From Octopus bimaculoides (lineage: Eukaryota), in the NCBI RefSeq assembly GCF_001194135.2, contig NC_068997.1:11501841-11565840 (forward strand): DNA of 64,000 bases. The letters are read 5' to 3'. The stretch's first letter is position 1; each line of letters opens with the position of its first letter. A program made the translations under genes and the position numbers. This document shows positions 13,201-26,484 of this stretch, in pieces. The notes beneath the pieces are model-generated. The model did not search any database. It was not told where the DNA came from and worked only from the letters and a program-made list of their open reading frames with translations.

Positions 13201-15345
13201 TCCGATGTATTTATTGCATTCAATTTTGTCAGTATTCTTCCAGGGCTATATGTTTTAGATGTTTCTACAGTTTTATATGATGTATATTTCTGCCATTTTT
13301 TATATACTACTTTTATTGTGGGTAGAGTTTGGAAGCTCTTCTACCGTAGGGATTTCCCATCTGACATTTTATATATGTATGAACATTCACAATATCCAGA
13401 ACCACGGAATATTTATTAATGTCCTCGATACAAACGGACGTGATAAATCTGTTATTTTGTAACTCCGTATTTATGTCTAGAAATGGAGGTATTATATCAC
13501 CAGGAGATTTATTAATATTATTCTTGATAGGGAATTCTGACAGTTTTATTTATATGTCTTTTTTAGCATTTCGACAATTTGTTTTGCCTTCATTACAGTA
13601 CGTATATTGTCGTTATAGTTGGTTGTGATACCAACACGTAGGCCGTTACCAAACCAGCGGCAGACCAAACATTATCAGAGCAACAGAAAATTCTTTTCCT
13701 TGCATTGTAATCTATCATAAGGCATATGACACCAATACTTACTCCAGCCGGATGATAAGCTATATAAATTTCGCTTGAGCCACCATAAGTATATATCAAT
13801 TTATAAAGGACTAAAAGCCAAGACAGACAAAGAAGCAAGACAGATTTGTTTTCAACCTAACATACAGAGTAGGAAACATTTGTCTCCTCAAAAATACAGA
13901 TATTAATAAAGAGAGATGTTGATATAGAGCTAAGAGAGAAAGAAAAACTGACCAACGATCCAAAAATATTGGTGATTAAGGTGGCTGTTCTAGAATTAAT
14001 ATTTATTAGATATGTTTATATTTTTCATATTCAGTATTATAAATACACATATTATTACGAATACACATATACGCATATATACAAACAAACACACATATGT
14101 ACAGTAATTTGGGTTTCATTTTAATGAGAGTGCGATTGATATCCAAAAAATCTTTAGGCAACAAATTTTGCATTGATTTCATTCTGTAAACAATTAATTA
14201 TAGAGCTAAAAGTATCTTCACAAAAAATTACTAAAAATAATTATATGTATGTTTGTTTCGTTAAAAATCAAAATCTATTTAGAGAAATACTTTGTTTTCT
14301 CTCCATCGTTAAAAGTTGGTGTATTTTAAGATATACATGGATACAGAACTTAAGTAACGTTGATAGAGATACACAGTTTTTTCTTCTTAATTTTGTAATA
14401 TATATAACTTGTGAAGTTAGTAAATGTGTATTGTAACATGACACCACAACGAAAACTATTTCAACATTTTAGTATCCTATATATATATAAACCGCGATTG
14501 ATTCAGAATATTTATCTTGCTACGAAAAATTTTAATATTTGATTTGGATTAAACACTATAAGAACTCTTAAACATTGAACTCAAAGCAAAATGATAGCTT
14601 CAGATTTGTTGGTCTATTAAGTCCCTCATACATTTGCAATGTTGTTTTTTTACCGGCATAATCAGAGGAATAAGGGAAGTGTCTTTTCTCATACTAGTCG
14701 GGAAAATGAATTGGCTGTTTATATTTTTCAAACCAATGAACAAGCGAGAAATATTTCTGCTGATCAGACTCGGCTAAAAGCAGATGGAGGTGGTGCAACA
14801 GATACTTGCTTGAAGAATACGACAACAGCGGGTGGCCGAGATACGGTATTTGTTGCAGCATGGATTATTTATCCATCATGATAGAGCATAAAGTGCTTTC
14901 CATTTACTAAAATGTTTATTTCGGAATAGTTTTCTTGACATTTAAAAACAGGAACTTTTCTTACCGGATTTAAATCATTTAACACCTTGTGAATCTTTAT
15001 CATCTAATGTACATTTAGATATCAAAAGAATTTTCACTATATGAAGATGTCCATAATATATTCTACCATGTTTAATCAGTTATCACAATACACCTGTCTA
15101 TGATAACAATCTTACAGACTATTATATTTGATTTCTCAATAACTGAATCGAATTACTTTCTCAAAGTTCTGCATATAATTTGATTTCTTTTTCCATCTGC
15201 ATACATGCGTGCACACTCACACACATACACACAGATATATGTATGCATACATACATACATACATACATACATACATGCATACGTATATATATATATATAT
15301 GTGCGTGTGTGTATGTGTGTGTGTGTATGTATACATACACACACA

Positions 15346-15380
<35 letters not shown>

Positions 15381-16084
15381 NNNNNNNNNNNNNNNNNNNN
15401 NNNNNNNNNNNNNNNNNNNNNNNNNNNNNNNNTATATATACGCATATTACCAGTTGTATGGGTATTGTATATATACACATATATAGACAGAAATTCATAT
15501 ATATACATAAACACATACGCATATTAATGTATACATATGTGCGGGCATTTGTATCTGCGTGTGTATATACATATACGGAGCCTATACAAAATATAACCTT
15601 ATTTTCATTCCAAGGCGATAACTAGTCGGTGAAGTTCCACTCTGCCACCAGTGTAGGTGTAACATTAACCTTCAACCTAACACTAACCGTATCACGTCAC
15701 ACGCTTTAGGCATCGATCTAAACCTGCTAGAATTAATATATGCTTACTACAGTCGATAATTCGTTGCCTGTTTGAACAATTGTGTATTTGAAGAACAACG
15801 GGTATGTATGAAAATCTATTTTTAGTGCAAGAAACAATATTTACGGAGATGTTTCTGGAGTTGCAACATGTCCAGTGGTGGGAGTACTGAAATCACATAA
15901 AATATCACAACTAAAACCAACTTTAAACATTGGAAACATTCACGAGATACACTCGCAAAACTATATCAAAAGGATGTGTTATAATATTATTCCACATATA
16001 CAAAAACAGCAGCCATATGACAAGTGAAATATATAGACATTACTCCAGAAATTTAAATAAACTTATGGAATGTGACAAATGGAG

Positions 16085-17186
16085 TTTATTTTTCAATGCA
16101 GTCGCCTTTACCTCAACACAATTGTTCCATCGTTAATGCCGTGCTTGGATCCCATTGGCGCAGAAGCTTTTATCCTGTTGCTCAAAAACGTTATTAACAA
16201 CATTAGCATGTACAACAACATTATCACTGAGATACTGGTCCCCAGGCAACTGTAGAGAAACAGATGATAGACATATGCGGAATAGGGAGGGTGATCAACT
16301 TGTTCAAAGCTACAGCCATGTACAGCAGCCTCTGAAAATGGTTGAACGTTGTCCTGATGATGGAAGACACTTTTCGTCAGTTTTCCTCGGCGTTTGGTCG
16401 ATATACTTTCATAATTGCCTCAGAAAGTTGGTATAATACTCTCCATTGAGGGTTTGATACCTTTTAAGATAGTCAATAAACACAATGCATTTTGCATCCA
16501 AATCAACTAATGCCATCATCTTCTCTTTAGATTATACGAACTTGGTCCTATTTGGAGCAGGTAAGGAGGAGTGATTACGTGACAGGGATTGTCTCTTTCA
16601 CTCTGGTTCAAAGTAATGAAGCCTACATTAATCCTGGATCGGGAAATGCTCACGTAATCCAGTTGGATTTGTCTCAGACAACGTCAGATTTTCACTTGAT
16701 GTGATCAGCCTGTTGCACTTTTGTACAGGTGGAACCAACAGAAGAGAAACCTTCGTTACAGGATATGCAAATAACATTAGCTATTCAATACAGAGCTACC
16801 AATCGCCTATCATCCATCAGCATGTGGTGAACGGCAGTTTCAGAGCAACCAGACCTTAGGCAATATACAAAACACTCCCTTCCTCTCCTATATTCATCTA
16901 CTCCATTGGGGTAGATGACATCGGGATAAAGTTATAGCGTCATCCCTCGATGTAGCAACAATTACACATTAAATCCTTTTTTTCGTTATGTACTTCATAA
17001 AACTACGATGCTAAATGTTTTTCAGCTTTCAAGAGACGTTCCTATTGGTTACATTTGAAGTCTTCTTTGAACAGTCGGTTTTCCGTTTACCACAAAAGGA
17101 CAATGAAGTTATCAATAAGAAGAACTGCAATAAAGGCATGCAAGTGTTTACGGCTCTACCATCACTCCTTCATGAACTTTTCAGCC
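16085..17186 (-). mobile_element. Near-complete but heavily degenerate mariner element
   Basis: Minus-strand translation gives QKCNRLITSSENLTL..IQD*CRLHYFEPE*KRQS, KMMALVDLDAKCIVFIDYLKRYQTLNGEYYTNFLRQL, FHHQDNVQP and the C-terminal RWNNCVEVKxDCIEK*. TIR-like GAACTTTTCAGCCAGCTCTTG+TA lies at about 17165-17188. Confidence 0.92.
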
Positions 17187-17194
17187 AGCTCTTG

Positions 17195-17232
<38 letters not shown>

Positions 17233-18506
17233 CAGAGTATATATTCATCGGCGTACTTCTTCCTATTGATAGCTTCATTGTCCTTTTTGTGGTAAACTGA
17301 CTACTGACTGTTCAGAGAAGACTTCAAAAGTAGCTAATAGCAACGCCTCTTGAAAATGGACAAATATTTGGCATTAAAGTAGTTTGACTTCAGAGTCCCA
17401 TAAGAGCGTAAGCTATTTACGTGTTGTAATAGCCCTTAATATGTATTTATAATGTATTAATAATGAAAAGGAAAAAATATATATTTTGTATTAATTTTTT
17501 TCTGAACTGGTTTATCATGCTGGCTACTTGATAAATTCTTGTATAGATTTTATCCTTATATATTTATATACAATATACATATATAATTTTTTTTCCACTA
17601 ACGATACTCTATTTTGATTTGCTGTGTGTGTTGCAGTGCATAACCATTGATCAATGAGAGTATTCACAGTGAACCAGAGTGTGGATGTTGTACGTGTTAT
17701 CAATTTGACATTGGATTTGTCAGGGACCTGAGTGGACAATCTAATGTCCACTATGTCATTTATAGATATAAATATTAACAGGCACCTTAATGGTAAAAGT
17801 ACCCGCAAACATGCCACTCCGGCTCAATGTGTTTTATGAATTAATTTGAGAGGAAAATGACACTTGGGAACTTTACAATGCTTGTGATTTGTCGATATGA
17901 ATCTGTTTAGCTAACTATTGAATCTTTAGTAGCAAAGTAAATGCCGAACTGAACACGTAGGCAAAACAACATACGTGGATGCTTATATTTACAGCTGCTC
18001 ATGTCTATAAACCACTTTAGTTTACGTTCTGTTCCTGGATATAAAGCAATAACATTTTAACTCCAGTCTACAATTTAATCTCTCCTCACAAGTCTCGGTG
18101 AAAACTTTTAACAAAGTCTAATTTTATACCTATTGATTTTTTTGTAAAAAGTTTATGTTTCTGCTGATATTTTCCAATCGAATTGGTACATTATCGGCTA
18201 ATTCGTTATTTTCAAAAGATATTCAACAATATACGAACCAGTCACGGACAATCTAATGTCCACTATGTCATTTATAGATATAAATATTAACAGGGACCTG
18301 AATGGTAAAAGTAAATTATTTTCTACAATAAAATGCAGAGTTCAATTACCAAAAGGAAATAACTCTTCCTAATGCCTGCTGTCCTGAAACAGATTTGATT
18401 AACTATTATATACCTCTGCTCATACATGCAGTGTTTACTTTCTTGTGGCTGTATTGTCCTTGACTTATATATTGTATTGTTCGTTGTATATATATANNNN
18501 NNNNNN

Positions 18507-18545
<39 letters not shown>

Positions 18546-20049
18546 CTACAAGTATTTCACATATACATTGTTTTATAACCACCAGCGAATTATTTCGTCT
18601 CCGCTTTCTCTTTTATAATATATGAATCCGTGGTCATATATTTTTATCATTAATAGATATTACGTACAGTGCCTTTCTTTTTTATTTCACAAGAAAGGAA
18701 ACAACACTATAGTTACTGTACACTGAATTCTTTATTAGTATGTATGCAACAATACAATTAACAAGGAAAAGTTTTGTCATAACATACTACTACAAGAATG
18801 TGGGAATCGATAAGAAAAGGCTGGTTCCTCCAAACAGAACATTAATGGTACTAAAATATTCATAAAGGAGGCCACTACTAAAATAATATGAAAAAGCCCA
18901 TTAATGGGGTAAAAAATGTTCCGGAAAAGGAAAAATCGATTTACGCTCCATATATATCTCTGTTATCCTTATGATTGATGACATTGTGCAGATAAGAAAG
19001 AAACCAAACCACTCTACGCTCCCAGTAAGTGTTGCTATAATATAACTTTCAGATAAACTTAACAATCATCAGCCAACGCGAGTGCGAGATTTAAACGCAA
19101 TCATTACCTAACTCAACGAACTTGAAAACGTATAACAAATTGAAAGGAATTCAATACATGCATAGGCCATTCGAATTAATAAAGTATGAAATGCAGGCTC
19201 ACTGAAATATATAAGAAATAATAATTACAACAAAATGAAACTAATTCGACAACTTTTTTAGAGATAAACAATAACACGTAACCGAAAAATCTAATCATTA
19301 AAAATCTTCAAATCGAGTTATATTTTGTTTAATTTCAACCCCATTCAAACATAAATGAATCGCTTATTCTGATAATAGGGGCTTCCTGCTACAACATAAT
19401 GCCTTTCAAGATTAAAACCATAAAGAATTTTAAATTAACGGTATACTTATGATCAAATAAGATAAATTAAAAAATATTAACATGATCATTATCAAAACAC
19501 CAAGAAGTGTTTAAAACTTCTACAGCAAGGATTTCACAAAACAAAATTAAATGTATTTTTCAGTAAATTAATATTCTCGTTAACAATTCTTAGTGTCCAT
19601 AAACTTGTAGAAGTGCAAACCCTAATAACAGGGATAGAAAAAAACAAACAAACAATAAACCTTAAAACTCTTAATTCATAAAACCACATCGAATAATTAA
19701 TCAAACAATGGAAGCAGTAAAATTCAATTAACACTTAAACATTTTTGTGAATCACTACTTAATCAAAGTTACATCAATATAAATGGAATTGACAAAGGAA
19801 ACAAATTCAAAAAAATTGTTCATATGAAACAAAATGCTAAAATTATTGCCTATCGACCTCATAATTGCAGTAACCCTACTGCTAGATATACATACATACA
19901 TATATATATATATATTTATATATGCTATTATTTTTATTATTGTTAGCCTTGTATACACATCTAATACTGCTCGTCTGATAAGAGTACAGCAGGCACATGC
20001 ATTCCAACCATATGTGTGCGATATAGTGATTTCATATTAAGATAACAGC

Positions 20050-20345
20050 GCATGGCCTTGCAGGTGGGGGCCAGTTAGAATAAGGGTTAGAATAAGGGTT
20101 CCTGAATAAGGGTTGTTTAAGGATGTTGAACAAAATACCCATGTTTCCAAATGTGAATTATCAAAGAATTCCTCTCGACACAAGGCTATGTTCCTCCCAC
20201 ACTACTTCGGCTTGTGATCAGAGATGCACATATCGTCAACACTAAGGGACATGCTCAACTTGTTAAGGTCAAGCAACTGACAGGAAAATCTGTGGTACTG
20301 AGAAGATTATTTGCTTCAGTTCATCATCTTTTATGCGAATACAAA
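20050..20345. repeat. Unclassified interspersed-repeat-like segment with three AATAAGGGTT units
   Basis: GC content is higher than the flanks and there is a short tandem motif at 20074-20114. The family assignment is only a recollection; there is no second copy in the window. Confidence 0.3.
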
Positions 20346-21912
20346 ACACAATACAAAATCTGTGCCCATTAAACCTTTTATTTAATTGTCTTCTTGGACA
20401 ACCTACATAAACCATGTTGTGTATTGTGCATTCTGTCGCGTGCACCAAATGGGAATCTCTACATGTCCCATCTTCTGTTATGATTCCTGATGGAATTTAC
20501 TTGACTTATGTTGTTGCACAATGAACAGGACTTACCTCACTTGCTACTGTTTTTCAAAGTACAACGTGCAGATACTCCAACGTTCGTTTTCCTGGAGTCA
20601 GAAATAGAGGTAGATGTATGTGTGTGTGTATGTGTGTGTGTGTGTGTGTTTGTGTGTGTGTGTGGGGGGGGGGGGTTTGTGTGTGTGTGTAGATTGCAAA
20701 GTAGATTTTTTTCTTAGCCTGATCATGTTGAACTGGTCAATTATGGACACGGAATCTAAAACAGTGTTTCTATTTCAACATAGCCAGGCAATATCTCTGC
20801 TAATTCGTAAATAATATCATACTAAAAGATTTCAAATCTAACTTCAAGAAAGCAATTCCCTGTTTCTAAGCTAACATTTCTGTCTGCTTTCAACACCTAC
20901 TTACGTTGTTTATATTGCTGTTTCATGTTGTCCACCGTGTGTCAATTTCCTGAATCAATATATTTAGTTTTACTGCGAACATTTCTTACTAGAAACTATG
21001 TCACTATGAACGGTTTATTTGATGTTCCTGTCAATGAAAAATGAAAGAAACAAGCAAAACAGTCTGCATTAAGATATCACCACGATGTAATAATGCTGGA
21101 TGCTAAGTTCAATAATGGTCGAAAGAAAATGTATATGTATACAAATGTTACAGTATTAAAGAACTCTTTATACCTGAATCAGTATGAATATGAACAGATA
21201 CAATGAGTTGCAATCCAATCTAAGCTCATCGTTTCATTATTGAATATTGCCATATTGAACATTGAACATTTATTTCTTGATAGATGTTATGGAGTAGTAA
21301 AAACAGTGGTGTGACAGATTAACTGTTCTTCATGTGCAAATGCTTAACGTTGGTCTAACATTTTAGTTTAGACTAGCGGGACCCGTGAGTATTTCACAGA
21401 AATAATGGTAAAGTTATTGGGTTAATTCTGAAAAAAATTATCCAAAAGACCTGCAAGTGCAGCCTGTGTTATGTCGCTATGGAAAGATAGTCACGCATCT
21501 GCTACTCATTGAAAAGTGAAAGAAATTGAAATACGATAATTACTTAATGCACTTTATATATATATATATATNNNNNNNNNNNNNNNNNNNNNNNNNNNNN
21601 NNNNNNNNNNNNNNNNNNNNNNNNNNNNNNNNNNNNNNNNNNNNNNNNNNNNNNNNNNNNNNNNNNNNNNNNNNNNNNNNNNNNNNNNNNNNNNNNNNNN
21701 NNNNNNNNNNNNNNNNNNNNNNNNNNNNNNNNNNNNNNNNNTATATATATACATACATATATATATATACATTTTATAATTTATGAATAATTTTATAGAC
21801 TTAATACACAGGACTATTAAAATAAATATTCACTCTGATTTTTCCACTTTCTAATGAACAACAAAAAAATTCGTACATATAATACAGCCTTTGCTTAACT
21901 TGCATATATTTT

Positions 21913-22100
21913 ATGGCGGCGAACTGGCAGAAACCTTAGCAGGCCGGGCGAAATACTTAGCGGTATTTCATCTCTCTACGTTCTGAGGTCAAATTCCGCT
22001 GAGGTCCACTTTGCTTTACATCCTTTCGGGGTCGATAAATTACTTACCAGTTTCCCCCTCCCCAAAAATTTCGAGCCTTCTGCCTAGAGTAGAAAATGAT
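21913..22100 (+). mobile_element. SINE family B, tail type 2
   Basis: TGGCGGCGAACTGGCAGAAAC..GTTCTGAGGTCAAATTCCGCTGAGGTCCACTTTGCTTTACATCCTTTCGGGGTCGATAAA..CCCCTCCCCAAAAATTTCGAGCC..AGAGTAGAAAA is the reverse complement of the 63031-63234 copy. Confidence 0.9.
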
Positions 22101-22750
22101 GATATATATACTTTAGAACAGTGTTATATAAAAAAAAACACTCGCTATTGTTTCACAATCCTGGCACTTACAAAACTCATTTGTTATAGGGAGATATTCG
22201 TTGGCAGTATTTCAGTTTCATATTAATCCTACACATACAGAAATATTTAAAAACAAGGAAAAATTTACTATGCAATGGAACGACGAAAAATATATTTGAT
22301 TCTTTTAACAAAATCATATTCGATCGTTTGCACGATAATAGAAGTGAGTCTTTTCCAAATCAACTATACACATATTCAGTGAAAAATAATCCGCAACATT
22401 TACTAGCCCATGGTTAAAATAATGAATATTTAGAAATCTGGAGCCGTTATGACTAGACAAAACGAAAGTCAGTTTCGGATGGTAATTGCTTTCATTTATA
22501 TAATTTAGTTGTTTTACCTGCAAGAAAAGAACTGTCAATATTAAATACACCCTTTCAATATTATTCAGCTATTTCAAATTATATATTACAACTAAGTTCC
22601 TGTCAACATTAAATGCAGCCGCAGCTAATTTTCACTACTTATTTTTGATTTCAAGATAAAATACAAATATGGTGCATACATTGACTTCGAAGGAAAGGCA
22701 GTTGGAAACAGTGTGTGGGTGTTGGATTATACATATTCACTTATACATAC

Positions 22751-22787
<37 letters not shown>

Positions 22788-23679
22788 NNNNNNNNNNNNN
22801 NNNNNNNNNNNNNNNNNNNNNNNNNNNNNNNNNNNNNNNNNNNNNNNNNNNNNNNNNNNNNNNNNATATATATATACACACATACATATATGCATACGTA
22901 CAAATAAATACACACACACACACGCACACCACATGCACATGTATGACATATTCAAAACACTAGATTTGAATATATCTACACGAGCAGTATCGCACGTATA
23001 CACACACTCACGCAAATTTTGCAAATTCTCTCAAATAATAGTGATAAATATAAACCTACAGTAAAAGTAACTAAACTAAAGTACACCAACGTGGGATTGA
23101 AATCATACCCACGGTTTTTGCGTATAGATAATCAAAATTTCCCTACCGTATCTGGTCTTAAGCGCTTTTATTTTTCTGGAGTGCATAAAAAACAACTGGC
23201 GAACGAAATTCCTCGCAATGATTTATCTCAGCGGTCTAAATTTGCATGAGAGTATATTTAAAGTAACGTGTAATATATATGATAAGACACAGAGATCGTT
23301 TAAATGGTTTAAATAGAGACGTCAATGTGAGACTCGTGCTATCGATATGGGAACTATGATTAATGATGAAGAGGATAGACATTTTTTTCAACCTGCAGAT
23401 GTCATTGATATTCGGTAAGTGTAAGTATTTGTGGTAAACAAATAAATAAATAAAAATAAAGATAGTAATAAATACATAAATAAAAGAGTACGCACATGTT
23501 CGGTTAAGAAGAACGTTTCGTAGCCTTGCGGATTATTGTTCATGACACTGCACGGCATCTTCGGCAAATGTTTTCTATTGTAGGTCTGGGCTTACTAATG
23601 ACTATTCTAAGTGGACATTTCTAAAGGAAAAGTTACTGTATAATCCCGTCATATATAGCCATGGGTATATATGTTGTTA

Positions 23680-23878
23680 CCTATCTCTCTCTCTGTCTGT
23701 CTCTCTCTCTCTGTCTCTCTCTCTCTCTCTGTCTCTCTGTCTCTCTCTGTCTATCTGTCTCTCTCTGTCTCTCTCTGTCTCTCTCTCTGTCTCTCTCTCA
23801 TATTATATGTATACACTGAGTGTGTGTATGCATATATGTTTATGTATGTATTAATGTAAATATATATGCATATATACG

Positions 23879-23939
<61 letters not shown>

Positions 23940-24015
23940 GTTTATAGATAAACATACATGTAGCAACATTCATAGAGGCAACATTCATGTAGTATTAATT
24001 TCAGTATACTAGAAA

Positions 24016-24084
<69 letters not shown>

Positions 24085-24090
24085 TGAGTG
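23680..24090. repeat. Cluster of (TC)/(TCTG)n, (CA)n, (TA)n and (TG)n microsatellites
   Basis: Direct read. Confidence 0.9.
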
Positions 24091-24337
24091 CGTGCGCGAT
24101 TGCTTGTGTGTGCCTATGTTTTTATAAACTTTCGACTGATTGTAAAATAGCTATTTTGTTAGTAAAAGTACGTCTCGAAGCACATAAAGGTATATAATAA
24201 TAGCATGTGTATATTTTGAAAACCTGTTTTTGCATGGAAAAAAGATCGAAGGGTGTTTTCGGGAAACCAATCCACATCCTTTGCTGAAATTCCCGTTGTT
24301 CTACCCGAGAAGGTGGAAGGCTAATCAGAAATAATTC

Positions 24338-24384
<47 letters not shown>

Positions 24385-24522
24385 GCACACACACACACAT
24401 ATATATATATAAACAATTGCACAGATGTCAAGTTCGTTGGGACTTATTCGTAGCCACTATTGATGAGAAATAAAATAAAAGGTACATATGACACTGTATG
24501 AAGTTCTATATCTTTCTACGTA

Positions 24523-24558
<36 letters not shown>

Positions 24559-24649
24559 TACATAAATGACTATATTTATTACGGAGATATAGTTGCATAT
24601 CAAATGATCTGATCTGAGATCGTATGCTGAAACAAAAATAATAGCAGCG

Positions 24650-24838
24650 TGGAAGGTGTTTATAAGCCATTTAAAAACACGAGAAAACCGTTAGATTCAC
24701 TGCAACATTTACATTTCATTCCGTGCTGCACAGAATTTTGTCAGTGAACAGGTCGCGGTCACAAAGCGAGGAAAATATTTTGGCAAATTAAATTTAAACG
24801 TTGAAGTGAATCTAACGGGTTTTGCGTGTTTTTTAAAC
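24650..24838. mobile_element. Palindromic MITE-like element, partly deleted
   Basis: Left arm TTTAAAAACACGAGAAAACCGTTAGATTCACTGCAACATTTA (about 24670-24712) pairs with right arm TAAACGTTGAAGTGAATCTAACGGGTTTTGCGTGTTTTTTAAA (about 24795-24838). Confidence 0.75.
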
Positions 24839-24884
24839 GAAAGTAATTAAAGCGAAAATAATTGTTTGTTATACTAAAACCGTG

Positions 24885-24935
24885 AAGGCAGTGCCTCATC
24901 ATGGCCGTGATCTAATGAATCAAACAAGAACACAG
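24885..24935 (+). mobile_element. SINE 3' tail fragment
   Basis: GAAGGCAGTGCCTCATCATGGCCGTGATCTAATGAATCAAACAAG resembles the tail at 51160-51210 and the reverse complement of 26250-26295. Confidence 0.5.
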
Positions 24936-26243
24936 AAAGAAAGTAAAAAAGAAAAAAAGAACGAATAGGATAAGGACTTCGTGTACAAATACAAATGCAT
25001 TCGTTTTAAAATTATAGTCAACTGTTAATTATGCTGATTGAAGCAGCTAACTCTACGGTCAAAACATGAAACATCTGACTGCAAAACGAAATTTATGACC
25101 ATATGAGCACAATTTACACTCTGTATAAGGATATATGGGAAATATATTAAGAGTATTTCATAAGTTTACTTTACATGTTTTCAGAATGTGAAGTGTCTTT
25201 GTTTATATTCATGAAAATAAAGAGAACCAGTTGAATATTTATATACACAAGGTGGAATAGTTATCCAAATAAGGTTGATGATTACGTCATATGATGTTAA
25301 TACATGAATAAGAAAAAGGCGGTTAGACACAAAACACTTGTTTCCTGTATTTTGGAGAATGAGAAACAAAATGATGCATAAATAGGTAGCATAATTTTTA
25401 GGTTGCACTACTGTTACAAATAATCTGTTTAAAAAAATGTATACATGTGTGGCTGCACGCAAATATACTGAATCACGTGTATGTGTGTGAGTTTATGAGC
25501 TCCTGTGCGCATGCGTGTGTGGTGTATGAGTTTCTATGTGAGCGTATGTGTATGCGCGTATTTTTCGAAATTTCTTTCCTGTCATTTCTCATTTCCTGTT
25601 CCTGTCTTGCAACTTTACACACACCGATATATGTACGTTATATACGGATTTTAATCAAGATTCAAGAAACGTGCATAAAAGTGGTTTTTATATCGTGTGG
25701 AGAAATACTTTTGGCCTACCATACAAACACGTGTGTGTGAAAAACGTCAAAGGAAGATAATTACTGACAAATGAAGGAAAATGATTGAATGTCAAATTGG
25801 CAGAAGAATTATTTGTGCGTACACAGGCAAAAGCCTCCCACTCTCTCACTAATGCACATGTACACATGATTATATATTGTCACATACACTTATACACACA
25901 CACACGCGCGCACGCGTACACACACACACACACACGCACACACACGCACACACACACACGCACATTCTATTATTATTCTTTTTAAAGAACACAACTCTAC
26001 GGATATCTCTTTCTCTCTCTATATATATGTGTGTTTGCCTGTCTGTGTGTTTGCTTGTGTATATGTGTGCGTGTTTGTGTGTGCGTGTATGCGTGTATGT
26101 GGACGTGTGTGTCAGAGACGGTATGTATATATACATATATAGTGACAGACAAAACGATATGTACGGAAGACTAAAACTAAGAATTATATTATTATACTCG
26201 TTTGAAATTCATCGTATCATTTTATTCATATCCTTAACTTTAC

Positions 26244-26453
26244 TCTTTTACTTGTTTCAGTCATTTGACTGCAACCATGCTGGAGCAACGCCTTTAGTCA
26301 GGAAATCGACCCCAGGACTTAGTCTTTGGATGCCTAGTACTTATTCTATCGGTCTCTTTTGCCGAACCGCTATGTTACGGGGGCATAAACACACCAGCAT
26401 CGGTTGTCAAGCGACGTCGGGGGACAAACATAGACACACAAACATATACATAA

Positions 26454-26484
<31 letters not shown>

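Noticed and set aside
17015-17269. Plus-strand 84-aa ORF with apparent splice sites
   Set aside because: It overlaps the 5' end and TIR of the minus-strand mariner, so it is antisense transposon sequence.
20074-20114. AATAAGGGTT repeats resembling telomeric TTAGGG
   Set aside because: The unit is not TTAGGG, there are only three copies, and they sit inside a probable interspersed repeat.
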